Origin: Auanema rhodensis
Lineage: Eukaryota > Animalia > Nematoda
Direction of reading: 5' to 3'
Length of the DNA: 64,000 nt
NCBI GenBank assembly: GCA_964057225.1
Contig: OZ059896.1
Coordinates: 17,732,001 to 17,796,000 of the forward strand
The translations under genes and the position numbers were made by a program. A model generated the notes under the pieces. The model searched no databases, was not told the DNA's origin, and saw only the letters and a list, made by a program, of their open reading frames with translations. Positions 1-19,619 of this stretch are shown piece by piece; position 1 is the stretch's first letter; each line of letters starts with the position of its first letter.

Positions 1-1654
<1,654 letters not shown>

Positions 1655-2362
1655 GAAATTTTCTACGAAATGATAGAACTATCAGGAAGTGAGAAGCTGG
1701 TTTGAAAAGCTATATGAAGGTTGCACTTCCTGATAGATTCAAAAATCAATATTAAACTTTCAAAGCAGAAAAGAGAACTCTTGTTATTGAATAAAAGAAA
1801 ATTACAATTAAAAGAAACATCAAAAATATAATTTATATTGTATTCATAATACCAAGTATGTAATATTGAAACTTTTTTAAGACCGGAAATTCGATGTGAA
1901 AAAGAAAATAATCTAAGCAACATAGCACGAGAGATGTCCGAAGAACAATAATGAGTGCGAGAGAGAGAGAAAGAGAGAGAGAGGGGGGAGATAGTTGAAT
2001 AGATGACAGAAAGAGAGAAAAAGAGATCCGAAGTGAGAAAGAGAAAAATACAAAAAAAATGAGAGAAAAGATAAATTATCTGATCAGAAAAGAAAGGCAA
2101 GCTCAGTGAATGAAGCATGTTTATCCGATTTTATATGATTTCAAGAAATTGCTATACAAACAAGAGATGAAAGAAGTGTGTTCAGATTCAATAACAGTTG
2201 ACCAGGTCACTATTGAAACTCTTCTTTTTTCAAAATAAACTCATCATCATCAACATGTTTCGTTGAAGATCTTGTCATAATAGATCAGAAAATTGAAAAT
2301 AGGAAACAAATAAATAAACTTTTATGTACAATAATTTATAGGTTTCTGTGTTACTCTTCAGA

Positions 2363-6829
<4,467 letters not shown>

Positions 6830-7362
6830 TTTTTCTAAATAAATTTTTTTTTAACGAGCATTGATATGAACGAGTTTAGCTTTTGCAACTTGATTAACGT
6901 ATCAAAAGAAATTATGATATGCATGTATACATATACATATATCATGCTAATCAAAAAATATTCAGATACAACAATTACATGTTCAAAAAGAATAGAAAAA
7001 AAGAAAGAATGCGAAAGAATAGATGCTTTATATGCCGAGCGAACTATCGATTCGCCTACATGCCATATCTTCTAAGAGTAAGCGAGCGTATTAGCCAAAT
7101 GGCAAACGCTAATTTAATGCTTTAATTACCGTCTTTTACCAAAAAAAGGTGCCAATATTTACTTTTCATATTAAATTTTAATAGAAAATAGTCGACAATT
7201 CATCATTTAAATAAAGCACATATTCGGAAAATGTCAGCTACCATAAACATAAAGTATTAGAGAATAGCTAGTTAAGTAGTATGTTATATTAAAAAAAAGT
7301 CGCACACATGAAACAGCTTTACATATTTTATTCCCCAAATTATTGATCTTATTTTTTTTTCT

Positions 7363-7401
<39 letters not shown>

Positions 7402-7753
7402 CTATATACAATGTGTTAACCTTTCTTCATCACGCATATTACTCACTAACTCTCTTTCTATATATGTAAAACATTTATATTTATACATATATAGAGTGAA
7501 GAGTGTGATCAAGAAAAATAAACTTACATTTAATATTAAGATTAATAAATTTGCGTTTGAAGTTGAAAAAAAAAGAAATCTCACAAGACTCAAGCAAATG
7601 AAGATATTCACATCATCAAGTTCAATAAACAAACGTAGTTCAACATATTTATTTATTAAAGAACAAAACAATCGGCCTTGGTGTGCTAAATCAACTTATT
7701 TATTGGAATTAACAGACGGCAAAACTCCGAAACTGGCCCATCGCTTCGTCATA

Positions 7754-8116
7754 TCATCTGAAACGTGGCTTCAAGTTCTGCAGTAGCTGCTGTAGGTAAG
7801 CTGATTGGCCATTGAAATTCAGAGAGCCACGACGATGTCTAGTAAAATAATTAATTATGTGAAAAGATTATAATTGAATATTTTATTTATTTAATATCTT
7901 CTTATAATAGTGCATAAGATGAACTATATATATGGAAAAAAATCTTATTTTTTAAAAAAGTAAATTTTAAACAATACTTTTTATTTTTTTAAATTCTTCA
8001 TTTTACCTGGGAATATAAAAAAAATTTCCCATATTTTCGTCTTCATATGATTCTGCTGATGCAGATATCGCCATCAAGCTACCAAGAAAGAGAAAGATCA
8101 GAAATACTCGAAGCAT
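7754..8116 (-). CDS. Small secreted protein, putative neuropeptide precursor (64 aa, 2 exons)
   Basis: Exons 8116-8007 and 7838-7754, phase-2 intron (AG|gtaaaa...tttactag|A). Product: MLRVFLIFLFLGSLMAISASA-ESYEDENMGNFFYIP-RHRR-GSLNFNGQSAYLQQLLQNLKPRFR*. It has a signal-peptide-like N-terminus and an RxRR convertase site. Confidence 0.75.
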
Positions 8117-9254
8117 CGTCCAAGATGTTGGCTTATAATATATATTTGATTAATTAATAATAAAGACAATTAAACAAGTAAACTTGATTTTTCATAAAAT
8201 TATTAACAATTGGAGAACATTACGAACTTGAAATTAGTTTCGGCTAATATAATAAAAAAATTATCCATTTTCATCTTGGAAAGAGCGGGAAAGGAAAGTG
8301 AAACAAGAAGTTCTCTCTGAAGAAATATGAGAGAGCTTGATCATCAGCTAATTGGTAATATTTCAAATTAAATGATGTTTTTCACAAATTAATAAGATCC
8401 TCAGGACATTTCTCTCGTTGTGTACATAACCAGTTATATTTTTCACACAAGAAAAATATATCAATCTCAAGTAACATATAAAAAGTTCAAACCGAAAAAT
8501 ATATAAGTAATTTATAATTTGAATTTTTTATAGAAAAGTAATATGAGAACATATTTTTCCGATTTTTAAAACTGAAACCACAAGCAAAATGAGACGTTTG
8601 CCAAAAGAAATACAGTGAACAAATTTACTTAAAACTAATTCTAAGGATCTTCATGAGCACAATGTGATTTAAAGCCATTCACATATTTAATCTGATAGAA
8701 ATTTTCAAAATATGCGTACGAACATACACTTTTTAAGATAATAAAAGAAAATTAGAATTTGAAGCGGAAAACTATTACCAGTACATGGGATTTGGTCACG
8801 ACATCAAACTTAAAAAAGAAAAAAGATTTCTTCAACTCTAATTTCATGTTAGATAGAACAAGTATGGAACAATTTTTTAAAACTTCAAATTCTCAGAAAA
8901 TTTTAATTTAATTGATTATAGCTTACTCACTTAAATGGCCACATATGAACTTCACTTCTAAATTAATAAATATTTTGACCTGTAAACTTGAAAATTTGAA
9001 TGGATCCCATAAAATACTTTATTCGCAAGATTTAATTGACCTTTAGTACAGTAAATTTATACCAAAATCTGAGTAGTATGAAATGCACCAACGTAATAAA
9101 AATTATGATAAGAACGCTTTACAAGGTTCTATCAAAACCTGTCAGGCTGAAAAAAAAGGTTTATGAGTATCGAAGAGCGGAACAGCGACTGCCAAATTCA
9201 CAGAAAATAAATAACACATTGGACAACCATAAGAGAGAACAAAGTTTAGACTAC

Positions 9255-10255
9255 TTAATTCTCACCCTCAGATCCCGCATCTTCTTCAACCTGCAAGAAC
9301 AACACCAATAATTATCGACAAAAAAAAGTAGTTGAGATAATAACATGCCTCTTCTAAACCTTCTTCATCATCAACTAATTCTTCATACTCATCACCTACA
9401 TCTTCTACATCAGGGCACAAATAAAATTGTACCGGATTGGGCCACAAATCATCTTTCAAAATTTCAGCAATATCATCATTACTAGGATCAACGTTTTCGG
9501 ACATCCACTCAAAGAACGACAATGGCTGTAAATTATCACCATCATCAGTCTAAACAAACAATGAGAAATTCATAAAGATTTTAAAAATTACTTTTGCTAG
9601 ACATTTGGTGTCTTTCCACTTGATTGGAGTTGTAGTAGAGCTTGGATTCTCACCCATTAAAAACTCCTTCTCAATCTAATCAAACAAATACATCAATTCT
9701 ACTACGATTAATTAAACCTTGTCGTTTTCAATATAATCATTAGGAGCAAAGGTGAATCTGATTTTATACCCACTGCGAGCATCTTCAGCTTCTTCAATCT
9801 TAAGAAAACCATGTTTATATAAAAAAAGTAAAATTCTCAACCTCTATGTTTGTAATAGCATTCAGCAGTTCCACTTCCTTATCATCAATAATTGAGCAAA
9901 GTTGAGGATGATTCAATAGCTAAAAATAGAATAGAATTTCAATAGAAGTATGCAAAAGACTTACAGATGTAGCCCAAAACTTGGGAATATTCTTAATTAA
10001 ACCAACTCTCTTCTCATAGTGTGGAACTCTTAAGCCGTTATATTTCTGTTCAATCTACAAATATCTCAACTAAAATATGATGGAAACATAAATATATACC
10101 TTCAAAATCTCATCTGAAGCTTTCTCATTCAGAATATCAATTTCGTTTTGAACAACATCCAATTCAAGAAGGGCCTTTTTAACCTCTTCACCCATATCGC
10201 TAATATGAGATGGAATATCGTCCACTTTAGCTTTCTTAGCTATTGGCTCACTCAT
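9255..10255 (-). CDS. spr-2: SET/TAF-I (NAP family) histone chaperone, spr-2-like
   Basis: [10 protein letters not shown]...[27 protein letters not shown]...IPKFWATS...SFFEW...[18 protein letters not shown], then an acidic tail ending [18 protein letters not shown] lies just upstream of the ATG. Confidence 0.9.
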
Positions 10256-10762
10256 TCTGAAAATAATGGAAATTTAAACTTCATTTAAAGAAAAAAAACG
10301 AATTGAAAAGCCGAAAAATGGACTTTTATGATGAATTTCTCAGTGATATATTAAAAACATAATCGAATGATACATATTCGAAATTTAACAAAGGGCAAGA
10401 TCTGTTGGCAAGAAGCCAGCATCATCGTGCTGGGACCAATTTACTCAACGCGTTGCCTATGCGACGCGGTTGTTTTGGCACGTTTCCATCTGAATGTATG
10501 ACGTCAATTTCTGCTATCCGTTTACATACATTTACCTAATTTTTAACAACAGGAGCTTTATCTTTTTTTATTTGACTGATAAAGAATTTTTTAATCTTTA
10601 ATTTTATTGTTTATTTATATACTTTTCACAGTTACACAAAGTTCACTGCTTAATGAGGTGAATAGGGTTAATAATCTTTTCGAAATATGTTTTTTCTTAT
10701 TTTTGTTTTAGGTCTACTATTTTTTTTGGTTATAGATATGCCGTTATAAGTTTTGGTTTTCA
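10256..10762. promoter_or_regulatory. Probable bidirectional promoter between the SET and DPY-21-like genes
   Basis: Divergent ATGs are about 500 bp apart. A CpG-enriched core at about 10410-10520 holds the palindromes CAACGCGTTG (10446-10455) and TGACGTCA (10499-10506). Confidence 0.5.
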
Positions 10763-13700
10763 ATGAACGGTGTTACTAGAAACTTCAAAGATTTTTCGCA
10801 TTTAGATCCCAAGGTTAGTGAAAATTGTGAAGTATCATTTTATAATATATTTAAACTTTATTTTTGTAGTTTAAGCTTTTAAGAATATTCAGTAATATGA
10901 TATTTATGTTAATTAATATTTTTATATGCTTTCTAATTTTTTGTTTAGGTGAATCTACCTCAGCCATTAGGCAAACGTGCCTACACCAATTCGTCTCCTG
11001 GTAACTCGTTAAGAAACGGAGACCCATTGGATTACAAAAGGCGGCGGAATGACTACTCGGTATTATTTTTTCATTATGAATAATTTATTTGATTTATCAA
11101 TTTTAGGATTCAGGAAGTTCACCTGCTTCTTTAGCGTATTCGCCACGGATACAGCCGTCTGCATCTCCCTCTAGTTTTTCTCCTTTAAATGTAAACTTTT
11201 TGTTGTGTATTTCAGATTATATAAGTTTTTTTAGTCGCCGCGATATGTTAGTAGCAATCCGTGTCCCCCTCCCCCACCTCCTCCTCGGCGGTAACTTAAT
11301 TTTCGATGCTTAATTAATTCATGCATTACTTCCAGACTGTCAATATCCGAGGCATGTCCGCCTTCCCCAATAATAATAAAGGATGATGCTCGGTACATCA
11401 CTCTCACATTATATTTTGCTTTTATTTTGATTATTTAGTAGACCAAAGGGTCCCCGTACCCCTCCCCTGCCTCCCGACGACGCGCCTCCTCCTGTGATGG
11501 CTTTTCCAAGCGGGCCAACAATTAACACCTCAGCACCTCCTCCAACGTTGGTGAACGTTCCGAATCCTGGATATGCACCTAGCTTGTAAGTCTTGCTTAG
11601 TAAGTAGTTTGAATTTGTATTTTTTTTAGACCTTTTGGTCATTCTGCGTTTTATCCACCTCCGTTATTTGTTGGGGCGTTTATGCCACCTCCTCCTATAG
11701 CTATGATGCCTAATCGTTTTCCTTCTGCTCCTCCACCCCCTCCTATCACTGAAAGTAAGATATATGCATATTCACATTTTCATTATTTCTAAACTTTGTT
11801 AAGATCTAGTTGCTGCTACTGCTGCTGCCGCTAAAGTTAAACTAACCATTTCTGATATCACAAAGCCGCCGCCAGCTCCTTCTAAGTCATTAGAGGTTAT
11901 TTTATGACTTTCTTCAATTTTTAACGTTGTTCTGTTCTCTTAGGAAACTGAAAAAGTTATGGCTCCTCCCCCTCCGCCCCCGAAGATTGTTCCACCGGCC
12001 CGAAGGCACGATTTTTGTAAACCTTTCTTTTTATATTTTTCTTTAGTTTTAGACCCAGTGAAGAAAATACTAACGCAAATTCCTCATCAATACTGAAACC
12101 TCCTCCTGTTCCTCCTTCCTCAAAAGATCTTACTCTTGCAAATGATCCTATATTATTGGACTTACTCCGAAGTTCTTCCACACCAAGTACAACAACTTCC
12201 CCGAAGTTTGTTATTAAGAAAAAGCTGAGCAAGGTAGTTTATAATAGTTTCAGCATATCTTTTTTTAAAATGAAATTTGTCTTACTGTATCTATGCTTTA
12301 TGATTTCAGATTGAAAGACCTCCGGAACGCAGAATTATTAAAGATTGGAAAGTTGATATTTCTGCCAAAAAAGAGGATAATAGGAAAAGTATATCTGATG
12401 AAACGAACAAACCTAAGGAAAAAGAAAGGCCACCTGATCGCTTCTCTTTGAAAGAGCTAGAGAAAGAGAAAGAACGCGAAAGAGAAAGAGAGAGGGAGAA
12501 GGAACGTGAGAAAGAAAAAGAGAGAGAAAGAGAGCGGGAGAAAGAAAAAGAGAGAGAAAGAGAACGGGAGAAAGAAAAAGAGAGGGAAAGAGAACGGGAG
12601 AAAGAAAAAGAGAGGGAAAGAGAACGGGAGAAAGAAAAGGCTAAAACTCTTTCCCGACCTCAAATAACTGAAAAGTAAGCTAACAAGCGTTTTATTGATT
12701 TTATTTTTCAACTTAATTTTTATAGACATGTATCTCCTAACGCTAAACATACCAAGGATATAAAGGAGTCAAAGACAGGAGAAAAATATTCAGTTTCTCC
12801 TAAAGTCGGACAACCAGATAGTCCTAAAAGGGCAGACGGTACAAAAACAAAATTGGAGAAAATTCCCAAGAAATCCGATGAAAACATTATGACTAACGGT
12901 AATCGTCCAGCTCTTTCGACAACTGATCTAGCAATAACTGCCATATTAGCAGATGCAGCCAAACAGATCGAAATCTCTGAAAGGTCACCTCACAAGCGTA
13001 ACGAAGTAAGTTTCTTCTATAAACTTCTCTCTATCAAATGTAAACTTTGCCTTTAAGATTGAATCTAAAAGTCATCACGGATTTGAGTTAACTGCAGACA
13101 GCACCAATCAAAAGCCCGGTCAAATTCGGCAAAAAACATCGAGAGATTCATTTGACACAGTGAGTTATAAGATATAATATTCCTTCCTTTTTTTCTACAA
13201 GAGCTATATACAATATTTATAATTTTTTTTTGTTCAGGGTCATGTTGTCGTTATAGATAGAAGCAAAGAGAGAAGAGAAGCATTAGGTAACGGAAAGAAA
13301 GTATTCCAGGTATATTATCATTTCCCCATAATACAATATATATATAATTCAGCCTACTCTTAAACCTTTGTCGAAGTCGAAGATACGTGAAGTTCGTTTA
13401 AGAGACGATGTGAATATTCGGGATGATGATTGTGATCTGATTATTTCTGATTCTGATGACGACAATAAGGACCCTATTCTTCCAGTTACTGTAAATGTTA
13501 GTTAATTATTTTAGTTTTGAATTGTTTTTTTCAATTTAGATCACGCAAAACGGTAAAAGAGTCCATGTCTCAAGAGAGGAAGCTGAAGACATCGAAGCTT
13601 TACGGGAACATTGTATCATTGAGGAAATCCCAATGTCTGAGACAGTAGCCAAGGAGACAGCAATGAAAGAAACAGAAGAAGCCTCAGTTAAGGAAGGGAA

Positions 13701-15925
13701 AGAAACTTCAGTAAAAGACCCAAAAGATGCTCCATTAAACGAAAAACAGGCATCTGGGATTGTTATAAAAGAAACAACAGTTACTGATATAAAAGAAGAA
13801 TGGCCGAAAGAAGAAGATTTATTAAAAGACACGTGTGAAGTTAATGATGCTAACGACGTAAAAGATGTAAAAGCTTCTTTTGTCTCCTTGGTTTGTTTCT
13901 TTATGAGTTGACTTAAAATACTTCATTATTTAGGACCCGACTATCTCAAATTTGGAGCCTATCATAGTTTCCGAATCCGCTAAAACAGCGCAATCTTCTT
14001 CTTTATCAGAAGCTCCTGTGTCGAAGGTACTAGATAATTCTTCGATGGGTTTAACGCCATCTCTTGCGTCAAGCAACACTATTCCAAAAAAGATGGGATC
14101 TAAAGAAATGGATTTAGAAGTATGTTTCGGTTATATTTTTCACAGTTCATTTCATGTTTATCATCTGATTCAGTTATTCAATTATTTTTAGTAATTCTAT
14201 GTTAATAAATTGTTTTTAGGATGAATGTGATACAAAATCAATGAGTGGCGGAGGATCACAGAAAGAGTACGTTATATTTATATTTATATGATTTAATTTT
14301 GATGTGTCTCTTCAGTTTCGACATTTCCAAGAAAGATAGGCCTATCCCTAGTGGAGATAAAAAGAATAAAGGAAGAAGAAAACAGAGATTACCAAAAATA
14401 TCGTCGAGAGTAAGACAATTTCTCTTAATTAATTTTTAATATGTTGCTTACTCAGTTTGGAGATTTGATCACTGTTGAAACTCATCCGAATGGTGGTGCT
14501 TCTGTTTTAAAAACGGATTGGTCACGAGTGCGAGAAAAACTGAATGAAGAAGATACGTATGTTTCTCTAATTTTTGCTCTATTTAATTATTTTTATTATT
14601 CTAGTCAAGAGTTCGCTCGACAGTTCATTCGACTAGGTATGGCTGAAATGTCTGAAACCCCAGTATTTGTAATGGGTGTTCTTAAAAACGCTGGAGAATA
14701 TTTAACGGTAGTATTTTTATTTGTTTTATTTTATTTTGCTATCCTTTAAGGATCTCTTTGCCCATCTTGCTACTCATTATGGCAGCATCCCTGTTAAAGT
14801 TGGTTCTTTGACGAACAAGCAGATAGTTGAAACAATGACTCTAGAGAATTATCATAGCCATGTAATGGATACTTGCTCTCAGGGAACCTTCCGGTTAGTA
14901 ACAACTTTAGAATTGTAAGTTATGTTGTTCTTCTACAGTTCGGGACCTATGCATTCTTTGTCACTTGTTGGTGCCAAGCAAGAAGAATGTGGCGACTATT
15001 TTGCTGATGTCATTGAAGAGTTGGAAAAATCACCGATTTTGAAACCAATCATGCCATGGGGAGATTGTAGTTCTATTCAATTGGACACAATAACTGAGAG
15101 TGATGATGGGCCTATATTCTGGGTTAGACCAGGAGAACAGGTAATATTCTTGTTTTCATTATGTTTTTATTCAAGTATATTTTTAAGTTAATTCCTACTG
15201 ATGAAGTGAAGGACGATAGAAAGCGTAGATCGGCTGGAGTGAAAACACATGTTGGCTTCAGGTAAACTTAAACACTGGGTTATTCTTGTAATATAATCTT
15301 TCGCTTTAAGACATTCGGAAAGAAGGGAGCTTTTGTTCGAGGACAGAACTCCATGTCATGCCGATCATGTTGGGGACGGTTTAGAGCGTACTCCTACAGC
15401 CGCTGTCGGAATTTTACAAGCTGTCAAAGGAGAACATGAAAAGTAAGTAGCTCTGGTTTTTTATTATATATTTTTTTCATTTTTCTTTAGTATGAAAGTA
15501 AATCGAGCCGTGAAAGATGTCGTGTGCTTCCACGGAGGAGACTTTGATGCTATTACTGATAGACTTCAATTGGATCTTTATGAACCGCCTATGTCTCAGG
15601 TATCATTTTCGTTTATATTTTTTAAATATTTACGTTTACACATTATACGTTTTTTTATTATTGTTGTTGTAGTGTATTCAATGGGTTGAGGAAGCAAAGC
15701 TTAATCAACTGCGACGCGACGGTATTCGGTATGCAAAATTCCAGGTATTTCGATTAGTTCTTCCGGTAATTAATTTTTTCTGTTCAGTTACATCATAATG
15801 ATATATATTTCTTGCCTCGTAAGATTGTGCATCAGTTTCGTACAATTTCCGCTTGTACATCTGTGGCTTGGCATGTACGTTTGAAGCAATATTATCCCGA
15901 GCAGAATACGTCCAATGATGCGTAA
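10763..15925 (+). CDS. dpy-21: DPY-21/RSBN1 (rosbin)-type JmjC-fold H4K20me2 demethylase with Pro-rich N-terminus
   Basis: Pro-rich N-terminal exons, then a conserved C-terminus: [60 protein letters not shown] (HxD), [63 protein letters not shown]. Stop TAA at 15923-15925. The start ATG is less certain. Confidence 0.85.
12460..12640 (+). repeat. Coding 30-bp tandem repeat ([10 protein letters not shown])n inside the DPY-21-like gene
   Basis: Repeats of GAGAAAGAAAAAGAGAGGGAAAGAGAACGG-like units, in frame with the flanking exon sequence. Confidence 0.9.
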
Positions 15926-18900
15926 ACATTGGCTTTTTGTTTTATTATATTTCGAACTCAGGATATTTGAGTGCCATTTGTTGTTTTACATCGCGATTGA
16001 GATTGTTCTCTTAGTGATTAGCCCGACCCGCTAGTTAGATGATTATAGTTTCTTTTGCGATGCGGGTTCTTCCCTATCCTAGAAATTGGTAATTCTTCAT
16101 CGGTGAATTAACGAAATTGTGCTTGACGCCAATTTCTGTTTTATACTCCGCCGGTGGCAAATTTCTTTATGTTGTTTGTTGCTTTATCTACATCCTAAAC
16201 TACTTCTTTGTTGATCTCTTATGCTTAATCCCGTCATTGTTCTTTGAAGATGAAAACCACCTTTTTAAGAAATTGTTATTTTGATGATCTTCCAGTTGAG
16301 ATGCTTTTACGTGTTCATCTTCAGCGCTTTTGTTATTCATTTGAAACTTTGATATTCTCAACTAGTCTAATAATGGTATTCTCCGTTCATTCGAACCATG
16401 TACATAATAACAGATATTTATGCTAACGAACGCATCATTGTTCTGGGTGCTTTCCTTCGTTAAGAGAAATACTGATCTGTTTGGATACGTTATTAGGACA
16501 GCTTAGCATTCTTCTAAGATATCCAACTTTAATCTATATGAAACAGCTTTGTTGTACTTTATTAGTCGTTCTTACATAGGAAAACGTTTACCTCTGGTCA
16601 GGTTGTGTCCGGGCAATTGTTAGCAGAAAGCATTTGCATATTGTATCTCAGATGTATTCTTGTTGTAAATGAAAATTTCTGTTACTTTTAATTTAAAATT
16701 GTATATGTTTCATCAATGTTAATTGTTTCATGGCTTATAAACGGTAATACTTTAAGTAATGTAACCGGTTACTATGAAATTTGTTTTAAAAATGATTTCA
16801 GTGCACGACAAAAGAAAATTCAAAAATTTTAGCAATTATCACCGTTGAAGATTTTCTTAATGCCGGGACGAGAAACCTCGCAATCCGATTATTACATTGT
16901 AAAATGACCATAAATAACTTTTAACTATTTCTTTTTATGCGTTCTAAGATTCATAAAAGTAAAAAACTCAATTTGAATTTCGTATTAAAGAATATTGAAT
17001 TTGTGGAACAATAAGTATTAATTTATCAAGCATTGCAAGAAATGTTTTTAGGCTATATACATTGTAAGTGGCACGGTGATGTGAAGGACAAATCAATTCG
17101 GAATCCAGCTGTGGATGTGCTCAGTTTTTCTGGTTCTCATATACAAATATAATGCTGTAAGTACAGATTTTCCTTCAGAATACCTGATCTTAATAACAAA
17201 TTTTGCAACGATTGAGTGGTCCTTATGATCAACATTATTGAATTTTATTTTTTCACTATTGACTCATTTCTGAGGTGTTGGGGTAATGATTTAGGTTTAC
17301 CATACATATTTCTTTTGCAACGTTATTGTACAGTTCTAGTTTGATGGTAATTGTTGCATATTTGTAAAAGTACAAGATGTTTTGAGAAGAAAAGTAAAAG
17401 AGAAAAATCAATAATTTTGTAAAGTAAAGTAATGGATTCTGTTGAAAATCGAATGCTTTTCAAACAATCTTCATTTAGTAGAATTAGCAATTGTTGCATA
17501 TCGGCATCAATAACTTATATATTCGCCAGCTAGCCTATCAAATTAATAAAAGATAGTTTGAACATTATCACACGTTAAATGGTCAAGTTATTTTTACAAT
17601 TTATTTCCGTTTGATATAATCCTAACGAATATTCTCGTTCGACTTTCGTGAGAACGATCTGTATAACCTTGAAAAGGATACAATTTGAAAGGACATAACA
17701 CATTCTAATTTAGAGAATAACAAACATAAAATCTATTATATTCTATAATATTCTATAATATTTTGTTTGTTTTATTTATGTTCGTTATAATGCAAATTAT
17801 TTACTAACAAAGTACTTTATTTTTTGATAAGCGTAATAATGCCAGTGAATGTATGTTTCAACTCATGCAACCATTGAATAATTTTCAAATTCAAGTTTTG
17901 TTCAAATAAATTTTTTTATTAAAATCCTTGTTAACAACATCTCTCATATCAAGTTCAAATAACACAGACTTATGATCTTATGTTTTCCTGCACATTACCG
18001 TTAAATAATCGTTTAGTGTTTAGTGTTTTCGTATCATGTGTGCCGAGTTAAAGCACATTTCTTCGAATAGTTTTCATGAAAACACGGATTAACTAAGAAA
18101 CGTAGTAAATTCAGTATATCCAGATGTATGTCAGTCAGTATTACGTTTCAGACATATACAAGGTCATAGTTATGCCTCTTTGTATATTCCGATCTTATAA
18201 CCATATCTATATGGTTGCTGACTGATCGTTAGTACCAGCCAGTGAAGTCCTCTTCCATGTAATATTTATTCATCCTTTTTTGAAAAATGCTCCCCTTTTG
18301 AATAGTATTTTCATTTTATGTGTATATATATATATATATTTTACTATTTACTTGTATTTAGAAAAGATAGAGAGTTGTGGGTTAATTAGCCGAAAGCCTA
18401 AATCGTTTATTCACACGTAAAATGAAATCCAATTAATGTAACATGTCATATACAAAGCATTACTCACGTTTGCATCCTGTGTGTCAGCCTTCTGTTTTAT
18501 CTCTTCTACCTCTTTCATGTACTCGATCTCTCTTCATGGCTCCACGACTGAAGTACGCCAATTTGAATACAGTCCATAGATGATAGTCAAATGGGCAAAT
18601 TGCCAATAAGCAATAGGCTGAAAGTTAGGTCAACGAAGAGGAAAAGGCAAAATGAGAAAGATACAAAGAATCTGTGACACTTCGAAAGAGGGAGAGAGAA
18701 CGACGAGATATAGTGAAATAAGCGATAGGCACGAGAGACAATTCATAGCAGAGAGAAATAGAAATAGAACCGAATGAGGAATTGCACCTAACGACAGACA
18801 GGTGGAATATAGACGGAGGCAGTTAATACATACGTAGTGGTCATTATGTAAATGTCTTGACACACTTTACACACAAAGCCACTAAGTTTCCTTTTGAGTC

Positions 18901-19619
18901 TCAACCCGTCATCATCTTTGTTTTCGCATTGCGGCTTTCTGCTTTCTGAACTTTCACTTCTTGTTTCATATATACATGTATACTGTTTTCCGGATTTGGC
19001 CAAACTTACTATAAATGGCATATTCTAATTTTTCACGTACTGTTGACGTATATTAGATGATACATATATTAAAAAAATAAATTTGATCGCAATACAAGGT
19101 TTTGCTCTGTTGCATCGTTTCTCTTTTCACCTTTCTCTCTTTCTCTGCTTATTTTCCTTTTCAAAACTAGGAGGGGGTTTCCCATACTATCGATCAGGTC
19201 CTGTACATGACTGCGGGTTTCGGGGAGGGACTGACCATGAAATTTCAAATATTCGCTTCCATGCGACACTCAGACCTTGACGAATAGAAGGCTGAAATCG
19301 TAATAGAACAGCCGGCATCTTATATCAAACCCCTGTGGTTTATACAAACCATACCAGCTTTCATTATGTATATTCTCTTCCGTATTTGTACTACAAATTC
19401 GCAAAAAAAATGCCGATTGATCAGGACATCGGAAAAATTTTTTTTTTTTAAACTTTATTTGTCATCCACTTTATAATTTTATAATACTTAAATATTTGAA
19501 TTTGACATAACCCATCAAGATTACGCTTATCTAAATTTCAAATCAGTATCTTCATTGTGTTCTGAACTTACGTTTTTGCAAATTATATGATTTCTTTGAT
19601 GAATTCGATCTTTTTATAG

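Noticed and set aside
16560-17200. Exon-like plus-strand segments after dpy-21 (e.g. CTTKENSKILAII...)
   Set aside because: I could not assemble a consistent ORF with a start and recognisable product.
18788-19021. 77-aa minus-strand ORF with several Cys
   Set aside because: It has no homology cue and no convincing splice partner.
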